Shown here one piece after another: positions 63,933-64,000 of a stretch of 64,000 nt of DNA (the first letter of the stretch is position 1; every line of letters starts with the position of its first letter). The stretch comes from Rhodothermales bacterium. Its GTDB lineage: Bacteria > Bacteroidota > Rhodothermia > Rhodothermales > VXPQ01. Below the pieces are notes generated by a model. The model had not been told where the DNA came from. It ran no database searches and saw nothing but the letters and a program-made list of their open reading frames with translations. Made by a program: the position numbers and the translations under genes. The stretch lies in the NCBI GenBank assembly GCA_965223485.1, contig OZ244993.1:1207400-1271399 (forward strand), given 5' to 3'.

Positions 63933-64000
63933 AACCTGGTCGAGTTTGCGACAGTGCGGCGGATGACCGTATGCGAGATAGTACGGCGCAGGACCGACCG

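Overview
High-GC (~60-65% by eye) bacterial chromosome segment. It looks Bacteroidota/Rhodothermota-like: two type IX secretion (T9SS) C-terminal sorting domains, plus DUF4199- and DUF5686-type proteins. Long mirror ORFs on the antisense strand of real genes are common and were ignored.

Core genes: purL (3' part), trxA, trxB, proline dehydrogenase, pdxH, a LivK-like binding protein, a DinB-like gene, xylA, an aromatic amino-acid decarboxylase, an ABC exporter and ribE.

Accessory content:
(1) A ~10 kb AT-richer island (10.1-19.9 kb). It holds a 1035-aa STAND-type ATPase with a winged helix and nine 43-aa repeats, followed by a Fic gene. It also holds a C-protein-controlled type II restriction-modification (RM) system, a second Fic gene with an unknown 131-aa partner, and orphan Fic 3' scraps.
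(2) A vsr-dcm-endonuclease islet (60.6-63.2 kb).
(3) Six sulfatases.
(4) A five-gene minus-strand cluster: ThuA, a giant ThuA/propeller/HEAT/cupredoxin protein, a cupin, and a Tm-1-like split pair.
(5) Two T9SS cargo proteins: a 14-blade WD40 protein and an S8 protease with LRRs.
(6) A katG pseudogene with three internal deletions.
(7) A diverged tandem duplication (51.7-55.0 kb) joined by a 1968-bp element with ~107-bp terminal inverted repeats (TIRs) that carries only a decayed IS1595-like transposase.
(8) An orphan RHH antitoxin with a vapC stub next to a class A beta-lactamase.

Best candidates for something undescribed: the ATPase-repeat + Fic two-gene module, and a recurring pattern in which three accessory cassettes are each bracketed by a duplicated copy of a neighbouring gene's 3' end, with no intact recombinase visible.

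All family calls come from motif reading only, with no database search. CDS coordinates follow the ORF track. Non-coding coordinates are hand-counted and may be off by 1-2 nt.
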